Below, piece after piece: positions 22,601-36,200 of a DNA stretch of 64,000 nt. Position 1 is the stretch's first letter, and each line of letters starts with the position of its first letter. The notes under the pieces are model-generated. The model was given only the letters and a program-made list of their open reading frames with translations, searched no databases and was not told the DNA's origin. Both the position numbers and the translations under genes were made by a program. Source of the DNA: Okamejei kenojei (lineage: Eukaryota); contig CM069160.1 in NCBI GenBank assembly GCA_035221665.1, positions 10,168,001-10,232,000 of the forward strand, given 5' to 3'.

Positions 22601-23400
22601 AGGCAGATTACTATCTAAAATGGCGTCAAGTTGGGAAAAGGGGAAGTACATACGGGATCTGGTGGTCCTTGTACATCAGTCTATGAAAAGTAAGCATGCA
22701 GTTACAGTAAGCAGGCACAGGTGAAGAAGAAAAGCGAATGGCCATGTTGTCCTTTTTTAACAAGAGGAATCGAATATAGGAGCCAAAGAGGTCCTTCTGC
22801 AGTTTTACAGAGCCCGACTGAGACCACACTCGGAGTATGTGTGTGCAGTTTTGGTCCCTAATTTTGAGGAAAGGACATTTCTTGCTTTATTGAGGGAGTG
22901 CAGCGCAGGTTTACAAGGTTAATTCCCGGGATGGCGGGTCCTGTCATATGCTGGGGAGAATTGAGCAGCTGGGCTTGTACACTCTAGGGTGTTTAGAAGG
23001 ATGAGAGAGGGATTCTCATGAAACATATAAGATTGCTAATGGCTTGCACACGCTCAGGGGCAGAAACGTGTTCCCGATGTTGAGGGGAGTCCCAGAACCA
23101 GGGGGCCACAGTTTAAGAATAAGGAGTAAGCCATTTAGACGGAGCAGATGAGGAAAACTTTTTCCTCACAGAGAGTGGTGGTCTGTGGAATTCTCTGCCT
23201 CAGCGGGCGGTGGAGGCAGCTTCTCTGGGTGCATGTCAAGAGAGACCTAGATAGGGTTTTAAAATAGCGGAGTCAGGGGATATGGGGTGAAGGCAGGAAC
23301 GGGGTAGTGATTGGGGATGATAGCCATGATCTACATGAATTGGCGGTGCTGGCTCGAAGGGCCCAATAGCCTCCTCCTGCACCTATTGTATATTGTCTAT
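19620..23400 (+). mobile_element. Long CR1-clade LINE (end of ORF1, APE endonuclease, RT, 3' tail) with nested CR1 3' fragment at ~21085-21540; mirror ~29165-32630(-)
   Basis: NARSIRNK/ETW/GDFN-like endonuclease motifs, LGGSDHN, RT motifs including KFADD, KFNADKCEVIHFG; nested piece ends in (TTTCTATG)n. Confidence 0.85.
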
Positions 23401-24314
23401 GGACGTTGCTGGATCTTAACTTACACTAAACTTAATTCCATCTATGTTGTATCTGTACACTGTACGTGGCTCGATTGTAATCATGGTATTGGTTTTCTGC
23501 TGACTGGTAGCACGCAACAAATTATTTCACTTTTACTTTTTTTGGGGGGGAAAAACACGTGGACTCAATAAACTAAGCTGAAAAAGCCTTATTCCCCTTA
23601 GATAGGTACAAAATGCTGGAGAAACTTCTCTACCATAAACCTCACCCGATTCATTCTCTCCGGGATGCTGCCTGTCCGCTGAGATTACTCCAGACTCTCC
23701 CAGCCATATTCCCCTTGTTGCTTCTATCTCTCTCCTCTCTCATTTCTGTGCCATTTGAACTTCGCACAGATGTAAAACACCCATTCGTCCCCAAATGGCC
23801 CGATTGCCACAGGAATCTGTATAAAACTGTGATGTATACAGAATCAACACAACCCCTGATGAGTAGGAAGTAACTGCAGATGCTGGTTTAAATCGTAGGG
23901 GGGACAGTTACCAAAATGCTGGAGTATTCAGCAGGACAGGAAGCATCTCAGGGCCTAGAAGGAAAATGGCTGAAGTTTCAGGTCGAGACCATTCTTTGGA
24001 CTCTTTCATCATTTTGTTTTTCTTTATATCCCACCGTCTATATCTCCCCTCCCTTCCCCTCTGACGCTCAGTCTGCAAGAAAGGTCTCGATCCGAAACGT
24101 CACCCACTACCTTGTGTCCAGTGATGCTGCCTGTCCCGCTGAGTTACTCCAGCTTTTTGTGACTCTGTCCAGATTGTGGTGTACTCTGGGCCTTCATTGA
24201 TGAGGTTCTGGATTCCGTTTGCATTAATGGCTGCACTTAATGTGATTTACGCAGGTAAAGCCACTCTGTGGTCTCCGAAAAGAGTATGTGGAGGAATTGT
24301 ATAAATTGTTTTAA

Positions 24315-25445
24315 TAGAATGGAACTGCAGATGCTGGAAGAATCGAGGGTGCACAAAAGCTGGAGAAGAATATCGCGGGTGCAGCAGCATCTAGGAGCGA
24401 AAGGAGATAGGCGAACGTTTCGGGTCGAGACCCTTCGTCAGGGACTGCTCAGGATCAGGGAGGAAACGAGAGATAATAGACGGTGATGTGGAGAGATAAA
24501 GGTAAATAGTGAAAGAATGCAAAAAAGTGTCGGTGATAAAGGGAACAAGCCATTGTAAGCTGTTTGTGGGTGTGAAATGGAGAAGCTGGTTGCGACTGGG
24601 GTGGGGGAGCGAGAATAGAGATAGAGGGAATTGCCCAGGGCCCGAGGGCTGAGGGATAAGTGGGAGGGGAGGAGAGAGGAGACAGACAAGGGTTACAGGC
24701 ATTGAGAAAATTCAATATTCAAGCCCAAAGGATGCAGACTCCCAAGCAGAATATGAGGTGCTTGCTCCTCCGCTTGCGGTGTTGGCTCACTCTGGCACGT
24801 GGAGGAGGCCCAGAAACCGATGAGCGTCGGATGTGGCATGGGAGGGGGAGTTGAAGTGCTGAGCCACCGGGAAGGAGAGGTCGGGTTGGTTATTGCGGTC
24901 CGAGCGGAGGTTGTTCGCGAAGCGATCGCCAAGCCTCACTTGGTCTCACCGATATAGATCATATGCATCTGGAGCAGCGGATGCAGTAGATGAGGTTGGA
25001 GGAGGTGCAGGTGAACCTCTGTCGGACCTGGAAGGACTGCTTGGTTCCCTGAAAGGAGTGGAGGGGGAAGGGGGTGGGGGAGGTGAAGGGACAGGTGTTG
25101 GCATTCTTGCGGTTGCAAGGGAAAGTTGCCCGGGGAAGGGGTAGAGTGGGAGGTAGGCAGGCCCTCGTATCTCTATCTCGGCTCCCCCCACCCCCAGTAG
25201 TTGCACCTGCTTCTCATTTTCATCAGCAACAAACAGCTTTCAATGGCTTGTTCCCCTTTATCACCGATACTTTTATGCATATCTTTCACTCATTGTTCCT
25301 TATCTCTTCCACATCACCGTTCTATAGCTCTCGTTTCCCTGATCCCTGACCAGTCTGAAGAAGGGTCTCGAACCCGAAACGTCGCCTATCTCCTTCGCTC
25401 CTTAGATGCTGCTGACCCGCTGAGTTTCTCCTGTTTTTGTGTACC
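24315..25445 (-). mobile_element. Penelope-like element with inverted copy of its 3' tail
   Basis: Minus-strand GIY-YIG remnant (IYIGETK, LGSLHPLGLNIEFSQ) at ~24690-25150, plus-strand tail at ~25160-25445; flanked by duplicated attgtataaat(t)gtt. Confidence 0.8.
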
Positions 25446-26199
25446 AATTGTATAAATGTTGGCGGGTTGTGACGCTGCAATGTGAGAACTCTATGCGCAC
25501 ATTGTAACTGTCCCTTTTCCCTGTCTATCGTACTGGAGTTTTGACTTGATTGTAATCAGCGGCACAATCCAGGGACACAATTTTAAATATTTTCCCCCAC
25601 TCTTAAATACAGTTAATCACCTAAATGCTAGAAAGAAGTAAACTGCCTGAAATACAATCACGCAACACTCTTATTTTTGTTTCAAGATCCAACTCGTTCA
25701 AAGTGGTTGAAGATCACAATGTCCTTGACTTTGGCCGAGCGATCTACTTCAGAGGGCCAGTTAGTGATGTGCAGTAAAATGGCTGGGTTCTTGCAGCGAC
25801 ATCTACACCTGAGACATTGATCACCTACTTACATAATTCCGTAATTATACGGTTATGTTTTGTTTATTAAGAACAGTATGAATAAAACTGTGAAGTTGAT
25901 GAAAAACAATGCGAAATCATAGCACAAATTATTACTCAGGACACCAGGTAGTGTTGAGGTCTCTCCTGTTCGTTTCCTCTCGTCATGCCGGATTGTGTTT
26001 CAGTCACCGCCACTGCTCCCACGTCCGTTGCGGCCTCCAGCATCGGAATCTGTTCATTCTCTCTGCCCGAGATTCACCATCCCCACAGGCAATGGGTTAA
26101 TATATCGGCCGTTCCGCAGTATTCGGGTTTTACCAGAGGTGGGACCTTGCGCACGCGCAAAACATTATAGGGGCAAAGCTCGGAGGTGAACACAAATGC

Positions 26200-27060
26200 T
26201 GGGGAAACTCGTTAAAAAGGAACTGCAGATGGACTGGAGAATCCGAGGGTTACACTCAAAAACCTCTCCAACCTCATCTACTGCCATCCGCTGCTTCCAG
26301 ATGCCAGATGGCTATTTCGGTGAGACCAGCGGGGCTTGGCGATCGTTTCGCCGAACACCTCCGCTCGGTCCGCAAAAACCAAACCCCGACCTCCCGGTGG
26401 CCTCAGCACTTCAACTACCCCTCTCATTCCGCATCCGACCTCTCGGTTCCTGGGCCTCTCCACGGCCAGAGTGAGCAACACCGCAAGTTGGAGGAACAGG
26501 CATCTCATATTCAACTTGGGGAGGTCTGCATTCCTCTGGGCTTGAACATTGAATTCTCTCAATTGTTAACCCTTGATGTCTCCTACCCTTCCCACTCTCC
26601 CTCAGGCCCTCGGGCCCTGGCATTCCCTCTATCTCTATATCCCTCCCCACCATAGTCGTACTAGCTTGATCATTTTACACATCAAACAGTTACGGCTTGT
26701 TCCCTTTATCATCGATAATTTTTTGCATATCTTTTCATCATTGTTTCTTTATCTCTCCACTCAACCCGTCTAGATCTCTCGTTTCCTGATCCACTTGCAC
26801 CAGTTTGAGAAGGGTCATCGACCCGAAACGTCGGCATATCTCCTTCGCTCCTTAGATGCTGCTGCACCGCTGAGTTTCTCCAGCTTTTTGGTAAACCATG
26901 CTGGAGAAACTCAGCGGGTTGAGGCAGCCTGAAGAAGGAGGGTCTTCGACTTGAAACGTCCACATATTCCTTCGCTCAATTGATGATGCTCACCCGCTGA
27001 AGTTTCTCAGCATTTAGTCTAGCTTCGATTTTCCAAGCATCTGCAGTCCTTTCTTAAAAC
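26200..27060 (+). mobile_element. Penelope-like fragment(s) with tails
   Basis: LGDRFAEHLRSVRKNQ..QHFN..HRKLEEQ..PLGLNIEFSQ, followed by two tail copies. Confidence 0.8.
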
Positions 27061-27519
27061 CATTTATACAGCTCGGCAGCAGTTGAAGCGGCTCTGCAGC
27101 GAATGAACTTCTGGACACGCATGAGGTTGCGTTGCATGAAATTTGTCGAACCTTATTCCACGTGCTGGGCTATTTTTAAACATATTTGCTATTGAAGTTC
27201 TACAAGCACGCGATTTGTTTAATGTATTCATTTTATTAATTGCTTGGTTCATCGTTGGTTGATGTCCGGAATTCAACCGGGATAAAAGAGTCTGCAGATG
27301 CGGCACATTGCATGAGGTGGAATAGTGGAGAGACCCTCAATGCGAGGAGCGATGAAGCGAACTTCTGGTAGATTGAAATTGGTTCAAGAAGCAATTGTTG
27401 GAAGCTTGAGCGGATCTCATTGAGGGTAAGAAACCCTTAAACATGACGAATTGTAACATTAATAGTTTGAATACTTTTAATCCCCATTTGTTTGAATTTG
27501 GTATTTCGCATACGACCAG

Positions 27520-28195
27520 TAAAATAAGTAAGTAAGTTAAGTTTATGTGGCCAAGTATTCAATACAAGGAATTTGGCCTTGGTTGCTCCGCCCACAGTAA
27601 CAACATGGCCATTACAGTGGACAGTTACGATATGACTCAGAAAACACCTAAACATTAATAATATAAAAACATTAATGATAAAAACACCATTGATCAAGCA
27701 TGTGAACCACACAAAATACCAGATCAAAAGGTAGGCTACAGATTTTTTGGCTGTTGAGTAGAGCAATCTCTCTCGTGGATAAAAACTTTTTATGGGCCGG
27801 CTGGGCACCTTTGACAGTCCGGAGTTGCCCTTCTAGGGGAAGGTGATTCAAAGAGTTTGTGGGCAGTGTGAGAGGGGTCAGAGATGATCTTGCCCACTCG
27901 TCTTACCTGGCCCTTGCAGTGTACAGTTCATCAATGGTGGGACGGCTGCCAGCCACAATAACCTTCTCTGCTGATTCGGACGATTCGCGTGCAGCCCTAC
28001 GGGTGTCGTTGCCTGGTGGCTGAGCCAAACCAGGACATGATGGCGAAGGTGTGACAGACTCTTACGACGGCCGTGTAGAATTGGGACCATCATTGCTGTG
28101 GCAGATTGTGCTTCCTCAGCTTGCCGCAGGAGGTACATCCTCCTGTTGTGGCTTTTTGACTGTGGGTCGATGGTCGCCCAGCGGACAGGCAAGCA
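27520..28195 (-). mobile_element. Rex1-type 3' fragment
   Basis: Homologous to ~15490-16118 including the taagtaagtaag tail. Confidence 0.75.
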
Positions 28196-28199
28196 TCTT

Positions 28200-28657
28200 C
28201 TGGACGAGAAGGAATGGGTGTGGCGTTTTGGGTCAGACCCAAAGTTATGGGGAGAGATGAGATACAAGATAAGGAAGTTGCAATGTGTGAAAACGTGACC
28301 AAGGGGGATGGAGATCAAGGAACATGTAGATAGATCATTGTTAGCTGGGTAGATATTGATAGAAGGTAACAACGAAGCAAACAGGGCGTAATGTAGTTGG
28401 GACAAAGCCAAACTGGGTCGGAGAACTGCGAAGGGGGAGGATGGAGAAAGGAAGGGTTTTCTATTAAAGTGTAGAGACGTTAATATTCATACCACTGGGA
28501 ATGTAAGCTGCCCTCAAAAATTAAATATGTATGCTTGCCTTTCTGCAAATTTCCGCTTGGCCTCACAGATGACAATGGATGAAGCCCAGGACATAAATAT
28601 TTGTGTGGGAATGTGAGGGGAGTTAAATTGTGTAGCAACCGGGAGGGTCAGGTATAG
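28200..28657 (-). mobile_element. Degraded Penelope-like 3' fragment abutting the gap
   Basis: LPVATQFNSP..KRKFAERQAYIF similar to the GIY-YIG C-terminus, plus tail ending gacccaaaacgccac. Confidence 0.6.
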
Positions 28658-29157
28658 NNNNNNNNNNNNNNNNNNNNNNNNNNNNNNNNNNNNNNNNNNN
28701 NNNNNNNNNNNNNNNNNNNNNNNNNNNNNNNNNNNNNNNNNNNNNNNNNNNNNNNNNNNNNNNNNNNNNNNNNNNNNNNNNNNNNNNNNNNNNNNNNNNN
28801 NNNNNNNNNNNNNNNNNNNNNNNNNNNNNNNNNNNNNNNNNNNNNNNNNNNNNNNNNNNNNNNNNNNNNNNNNNNNNNNNNNNNNNNNNNNNNNNNNNNN
28901 NNNNNNNNNNNNNNNNNNNNNNNNNNNNNNNNNNNNNNNNNNNNNNNNNNNNNNNNNNNNNNNNNNNNNNNNNNNNNNNNNNNNNNNNNNNNNNNNNNNN
29001 NNNNNNNNNNNNNNNNNNNNNNNNNNNNNNNNNNNNNNNNNNNNNNNNNNNNNNNNNNNNNNNNNNNNNNNNNNNNNNNNNNNNNNNNNNNNNNNNNNNN
29101 NNNNNNNNNNNNNNNNNNNNNNNNNNNNNNNNNNNNNNNNNNNNNNNNNNNNNNNNN
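28658..29157. other. Assembly gap, exactly 500 N
   Basis: N run at the inner end of the right arm. Confidence 0.99.
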
Positions 29158-32100
29158 AAGCCAACACAACGTCATAGACAATAGGTGCAGGAGTAGGCCA
29201 TTTGAGCCGCTTCGAGCCACACTGCCATCACTGTGGTCAGGGCTGATCATCCCCAATCAGTACCCCGTTTCCTGCCTCGACCCCATATCCCCTGAACTCC
29301 GCTATTTGTTAAGAACCCTATCTAGGTCCCTCGTTGAAAGCATCCAGAGAACTGCCGTCCACCGCCCCGCTGAGGAAGAGAATTCCACCAGACTCACCAC
29401 TCTCTGTGAGGAAAAAAAGTGTTTCCTCATCTCCGTTCTAAATGGCTTACTCCTTTATTCTTACACTGTGGCCCACCTGGGTTCTGACTCTCCCCCAACA
29501 ATCTGGAACGCGTTTCCTGCCCCTAGCGTGTGCAAGCCACTAGCAATCTTATATGTTTCATGAAGATCCCCTCTCATCTTCAAACACCAGAGTGACAAGC
29601 CCCAGCTGCTCAATTCCTCCCAGCATATGACAGTCCGCCATCCCGGGAATTAACCTTGTAAACCTGCGCTCAACTCCCTCAATAGCAAAATGTCCCTTCC
29701 TCAAATTAGGGGACCAAAAACTGCACACACTCTCCAGGTGTTGGTCTCGGTCGGGCTCTTTGCTCCGTATTTCGATTCCTCTTGTTAAAAAAGAGACAAC
29801 ATGCCATTTGCTTTCTTCACTGCCTGCTTAACTGCATGCTTACCTTCTTCATAGACTGATGAACAAGGACCACCAGATCCCGTTGTACTTCCCCTTTTCC
29901 TCCCAACTTGACGCCATTTAGATAGTAATCTGCCTTTCCTGTTTTTTTGCTACCAAAGTGGATGACCTCACATTTGTCCGCATTAAACTTCACTTCCATG
30001 CATACTGCCACAACGTTCCCCCAACGCTGTCCAAGTCACCCTGCAGTCTCATTAGCTTCCTCCTCACAGTTCACACTGCCCACCCCAGCTTTGTGTCAAT
30101 CTGCAAATTTGCTAATGTTACTTTGAATCCTTCATCCGAAATCATTGATGCATATTGGTAAATAGCTGCGGTCCCAGCACCGAGCCTTTGCGCTACCACA
30201 CTCCGCCACTAGCCTGCATTCTGAAAGGACCCGTTAAATCCCACTCTTTGTTTTCCTGTCTTCCAACCACTTCTCTATCCATGTCAGCCACACTACCCCC
30301 CCACTTCCATGTGCCCTCATTTTGCCTACTTATTCTCCTATGTGGGACCTTATCAAATGCTTCTGGAAGTCCAGGAACACTACATCCCCTGGCTCTCCCT
30401 TTTCCATATTTCCTAGTTACATCTCAAAAAATTCCAGAAATATCAAGCCATGATATCGCCTACGTAAATCCAAGCTAGCTTCGCACCCGATCTTTGTTTA
30501 CTGCTATTCCAAATGTGCAGCTATCTAGTCTTTTAATAATTGACCCAGCATCTTCCCCACAACCGATGGCAGGCTAACTGGTCAATAAATCCCCGTTTCT
30601 CTCTCCCACCCTTTTTTTTAAAAAGAGGATAAATAGCTAACCTCCAAATCCACTGAAACTGATCATCCAATCTATAGAACACTGGGAAAATTTATCACCA
30701 ATGCCATCCACGATTTTTAGAGCCCACTTCCTTAAGTAGTACCTGGATGCAGACCATCAGGCCCTGAGGATTTTATCAGCCTTCATTCCCATCAGTCCCT
30801 AAAACAACACCATTTCCCTGCTAATGTCGATTTCCTTCAGTTCCTCTGTCACCACCCCAGATCCTCTGGCCACTACTATATCAGGAAGATTGTTTGTGTC
30901 CTCCTTAGTGAAGACAGATCCAATGTACATGTTCAACTCATCTGCCATTCCCTTGTTCCCCATAATAAATTCACCTTTTTCGGTCTTCAAGGGTCCAACT
31001 TTGGTCTTAAACATAGAAACATAGAAACATAGACAATAGCTGCAGGAGAAGGCCATTCTCCTTAAGAATTTTGTAAGTTCTATTAGATCCCCTCTCAATC
31101 TTCTAAATTCTAGCGGGTCTATCCAGTCTTTCTTCATATAGTAATATTTTTTCTTCTTCACATACCTAAAGAAGCTTTTACTATCCTCCTTTATATTCTT
31201 GGCTAGCTTGCCTCCGTACCTCTTAATTTCTTCCCATATTGTATTTTTGGTTATCTTCTGATGTTCTTTAACAATTACCCAATCCTCTTCTTCCCGCTCA
31301 TCTTTCTACGTTGTAACTTCTTCGCTTTAATTTTTATACTGTCCCTGACGCAAGTCCCTTGTCCAGGCCATGGTTGTCCCTTTCTCGCCTTGGAATCTTT
31401 TCTTCTCATCCTAGGTAATGAACTATCCGGCACCTTCCTGTATTATCCTAGAAACACCTGCAATTTCTGTTCCAATGTCCATCCCTGCTAGTGGTATCTT
31501 TTTCGCCAGTCAACTTTGGCCAGCTCCTCCCTCATGGCCCCAAATCCCCTTTATTCAACTGCAACACTGACACCAAATCCGACTACTCTTCTCCCTCTCC
31601 AATGTAGATTATACCTGACCATGTTATGGTCAACTTCTGCCCTCCCTAAGACTCAGTAAACCCGACGTCCTTTATCAAATCCGTTTCATTAACATAAAAC
31701 ACTAAATCCAGAATTGCCTCTCCTGGTACGCTCCAATTAAAGCGTTCAAAGAATCCAGCACGAAGGCACTCCTACAAAGTCCCTTTCTTGGGATCCAGTG
31801 CCAACCTGATTTTCCCCAGTCTAACCTGCATGTTGAAATCTCCCATAACAACCACATGCATTACTTTTACATACATGCCCCAAATATTAACTCCCTGATT
31901 CAACGCGCCCTATGTCCAGCAACTGTTTGGGGGCATGTAGATTAGCCCATTAGGGTATTTTTACCCTACTATTCCTTAGTTCTTATCCATACTGACTCCA
32001 CATCTCCTGTTTCATTGTCACCCCTTGCAATGGACTGAAATTTCATTCTTCACCAAACAGCAACCCCACCCCCTCTGCCCACCTGCCTGTATTTTCGATA

Positions 32101-33227
32101 GAGGTTATAACCCTTCTGAATAGTCAGCTTCGCAGCCCTGGCCCTCTGCAGCCATGACTCTGTAATTCCCACAACATCATACTTGCCAGTTTCTAACTGA
32201 CCTTCAAGCTCGTCCACTTATTCCTTAAACCTCGCGCATTCATATACAGTACTTTGACCTCCGAAATTTCACATCCCCCCTCACAATGCCCTCACCTTAC
32301 TCCCCCTGTTGTCCATTCTCAAGCTTACCTTCCCATTAATTCGAAATCTTTTGTAATTTATCTTGTAGCCACTTCCCCTTTCAACTCCATCTTTAAATTC
32401 CCAATTTGTCAATCCTTTCCCCCCAACAATTTAGTTTCAACAACCCCACACGTGTAGCCTACAAACCTGCCTGCCAAAAGTCGGTCCCCCTCCGTTATGG
32501 TGCAAATCCTCGCTTTTGTACAAGGTCGCCCCCCCTACCCATCAGAAGATATCCCATGGTCCTAATAAATCTAATCCCTTGCTCCCTGCACCAGCCCCTC
32601 AGCCACACATTCAGATCCCTTAGGTCTGATCATAGTTTATAGTCCGATCCATATTAAAAGAGAGAAATGTTGATGTGGAGTAGAGATTTAAGAGTGTGGG
32701 GCGATTGTAATATGTGATTGTAGATCTGTATCGCACGCGAAATAGACGCCCCTGGTTGGGCGCCATCCTCCCGGAAGCATTAGCGTCAAAGAATGAGCTG
32801 CAGGGGCGGAGGAAATGCTGCCAAATGGGCTTTCGAATCTTGATGTTCCGTGATCCACTCTCACTGAAATTCCCCGGGGGCGCAGCGGTGGAATTGCAGC
32901 CTTGCAGCGCTTGCAGCGCCAGAGACCCGGTTTTCGATCCCGACTAACGCTGGCCTGTCTGTACGAGTTTGGCGTTTCTCTCACCCGAAACCGAGTGGTT
33001 TTCCTTCCGAGATGTTCGTTTCCTGCCAACATTCTAAAGATGTACGGGAGAAGGTAGCACACTCCGTACACACATCGCCCGTATCAGGATCGAACCCCGA
33101 CTCCAGCGCGCATTCGCTGAAGGCAGCAACTCAAACCGCAGCGTCCACCAGTGACGTTACGTGACCGCCCATATTCAGCAGCTCCCACGACAAGTGAAAA
33201 CAATTTTGAACCAGGAATCCTATTTAA

Positions 33228-36200
33228 ATGGCTGCGAAAGACCAGGTGGAGACTTGACGAGGAGGCAGTTTGTCCCATCTGCCTGGATTTCTCACACGAT
33301 CGGTTATACTGGGATTGCGGGCACAACTTACTGCCGCTCCTGCATCACACAGAGTTTTGGGACAAGTAGGCAGAAACTCCTCCCGGAATGTAGAGAGGAG
33401 TTTGCAGACCGCACACCTCAAAAGCAAATCGGGCCTTGGCTAGACTGGCTGAGAAAGCTCGAACACTGAAGCCCGAAATCTCAAAAGAGAAAGAAAGTAA
33501 ACTTCACTGCGAGAAACATCAGGAAGAACTGAAGCTGTTTTTGTGAAACTGACAAGAAGCTGATCTGTCTGATATTTCGAGATGCGAGGAACAACAAGTT
33601 CCTCACAGCTTCATCATATAACCGGATAGCTGAAGCTGTTGACATCTACAAGGTTATAAGCAAACCGATATTGATCACCTCTTTGGTGTCACGTTTTGTT
33701 TTATTTTTTCTGACATTTTTCTTCTCTTTCTGAAACCCAACTCCAGGATCAACCCAATGTGAAATCTCCTTCGAATCTCTCCACAAAAAAGAAATCAGAG
33801 ATCGAGCAAATGGAGCAGCAACAGAAAGGAGAAGTATTTCTGGTGTTTCTGGTGAGGTTTTCCAGTTTCGATTTTCCTGATCTTGTGTAGTTTTCAACAA
33901 TGTGACGTAGTGTAACGTCCAGGACACCTCTCTACAGCACAGGAGCCCGAGGTTGTAGCTATAGAGATTGAGACTTGGCGGGCAGGTCTACTGTAGATAG
34001 AGTGGATGTGAAAGGATGTTTTCCACTGGTGGGCTGTAGGACTAGAGGTCAGCAGCCTCAGAATTATAGGGCGCTCATTTTAGAAAGAGGTGAGGAGGAA
34101 CTTGAAAAAGGGGTCACATGTGGCACAGTCTGCTGCCTTAGCAGCGAATACACGCCGGAGACCCCGGTTCGATCCCGACCTACGGGGTGCTGTCTGTAAC
34201 GGAGTTTTGTATGTTCTCACCCCGTGGCCTGCGGTGAGTTTTTCTGATAATCTTCAGTTTTCCCTCCTCCCACAACTACAAACATAGAAACATAGAAACA
34301 TAGAACTTCATGTGCAGGAGGAGCCATTTCGGCCCTTCGAGCCTGCACCGCCATTCAATATGATCATGCTGATCATCCAACCAGTATCCCTGTACTGCCT
34401 TCCTCTCATACCCTCTGATCCCCTTCAGCCACAAGGGCCGCATCTAACTTCCTCTAAATATAGCCAATGAACTGGTGTCCACCTACCCACTGTGGCAAGA
34501 GTTTCCAGAGACCCACCACTCTCAGTGTGAAAAAAGAGTCCTTCTCATCTCGGTCCTAAAGAATTTTCCCCTTATCCTATAACCTGTGACACCCTTGTCC
34601 TGACTCCCCAACATCGGGAATAATCTTCCTGCATCTAGCCTTCCAAAACCCCTTGTAAAATTTTTTGTTAGTTTTCTAAAAGTTCCCCTCTCAATCTCAC
34701 TAAATTCTAGAGAGTATAAACCGAGTCCCTATCCAGTCTTTCTTCGTAAGACAGTCCTGCCATCCCAGAATCCAGTCTGGTGAACCTTCTCCTGTACTCC
34801 CTCTATGGCAATAAAGTCCTTCCTCAATTTGAGACCAGATCTGTACGCAATACTTCCAGGAGGTGGTCTCACTCTAGACCCCTATACAACTGAAAGTAGA
34901 ACCTCCCCTGCTCCATATACTCAAATCCTTTTGCTATGAAAGCAACATAACCCATTGCTTACAAAGATGTACAGGTTTGTAGGTTTATTGCCTGGAAAAT
35001 GTAAAAATTGTTAATGTGTGGGGATTGCTGAGTCGGGCGCGGACCCGAAGGTGCCGAAAGGGCCTGTTTCTTCTGCGCTGTATCCGCTAAAAAACTTAAA
35101 ATATAAACATATTTATCAGAGGGTAATTATTCTATGGAACTCAGAAGACATGTGTGGGGCCAATTGGCCTATTTCTGTACTCCATGCCACAAGGTAGATG
35201 GCCAACTAACATATCGCATATCGTTAGGAAAACACAATACAATGACATTAATATTACTCTTCATCTTATCATTTCACAGAAGAGTCACACAACCTATCAG
35301 TCACAGATCACAGCCCAGTTTGCTGAACTGCCACCAGATTTTTCATTGAGAAAAGAACGCCGTGCCACTCGCAGATTCCGGGAAGAAGAGGAGAAAATTC
35401 GGAACGCAAATGGAGAAAAGGCTTCAAGAGATTCAAGCTAATTTAAATTCCATCCAAAAGGAACTCTCTACGTTGCAGGAACAGATAGAATCAAAAGGAC
35501 AACGGGAATATTTCTGAAGTGAGGGGTTACACTACAGTTGAGGCGAAGTGAAACAGCCTCCAACAAAAAATTTTTCACAACATGGTGGTGACATTTCAGA
35601 ACATTTAATGCATCATTTACCAGTAATTCAGAGCATGGTCAATGTTCCATCTGTTCCAGCGATGTGCTGCTGTTTTTCCCAACTAAATGGGCCTCCTGCA
35701 TAAACTTTTGGATCATCAGGACAGTTTGCAAACTCCTTGAGAAACCGCGCGTGTATCTTTGGCACTGACTTTGTAACATGGAATATATCCCAGAAAAGAG
35801 GGACAATCTCCAGAATCACAAGACACCCGGGAAAGTGTTTCCGTATGGTCAGCGTTAGAGGAAAAGGAGTTTGGATGTTAGAAAACATCGCCGTGCTGGC
35901 AGTCCCTAATGATTTTAGCCCTGATACACATTGGAATTTGTCCTCACTTAACAGCTCTTATTTGGACCTGCTCTATCCCTAGTTTATAATTTTGCTCTTA
36001 AGGTGAATAGTACCCCCTGGATATTCTTCTGCTGGTCATATCTTGTAGAATCTTGTAGGGGGGGTTTGTTACAATTTTCCGAAGTTACATCAAAGAGCAT
36101 TTTGCATAGAACGTGAAAAGGTGTCATGAAGGTCATAGACTTCATGACCTTATCCGTTGACAATTTTGATACAGCATTTGGGACGCAACACAAAAGTGAA

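Larger units (their letters stand above)
1..23415. repeat. Left arm of large inverted duplication
   Basis: Position 1 (aatatattgtgtcactctgc) matches the reverse complement at ~58354; ~23410 matches ~29160; genes, repeats and an N-gap are collinear. Confidence 0.95.

Noticed and set aside
28514-29256. Long ORFs containing X runs (also near 6.4 kb and 51 kb)
   Set aside because: Artifacts of translating N gaps.
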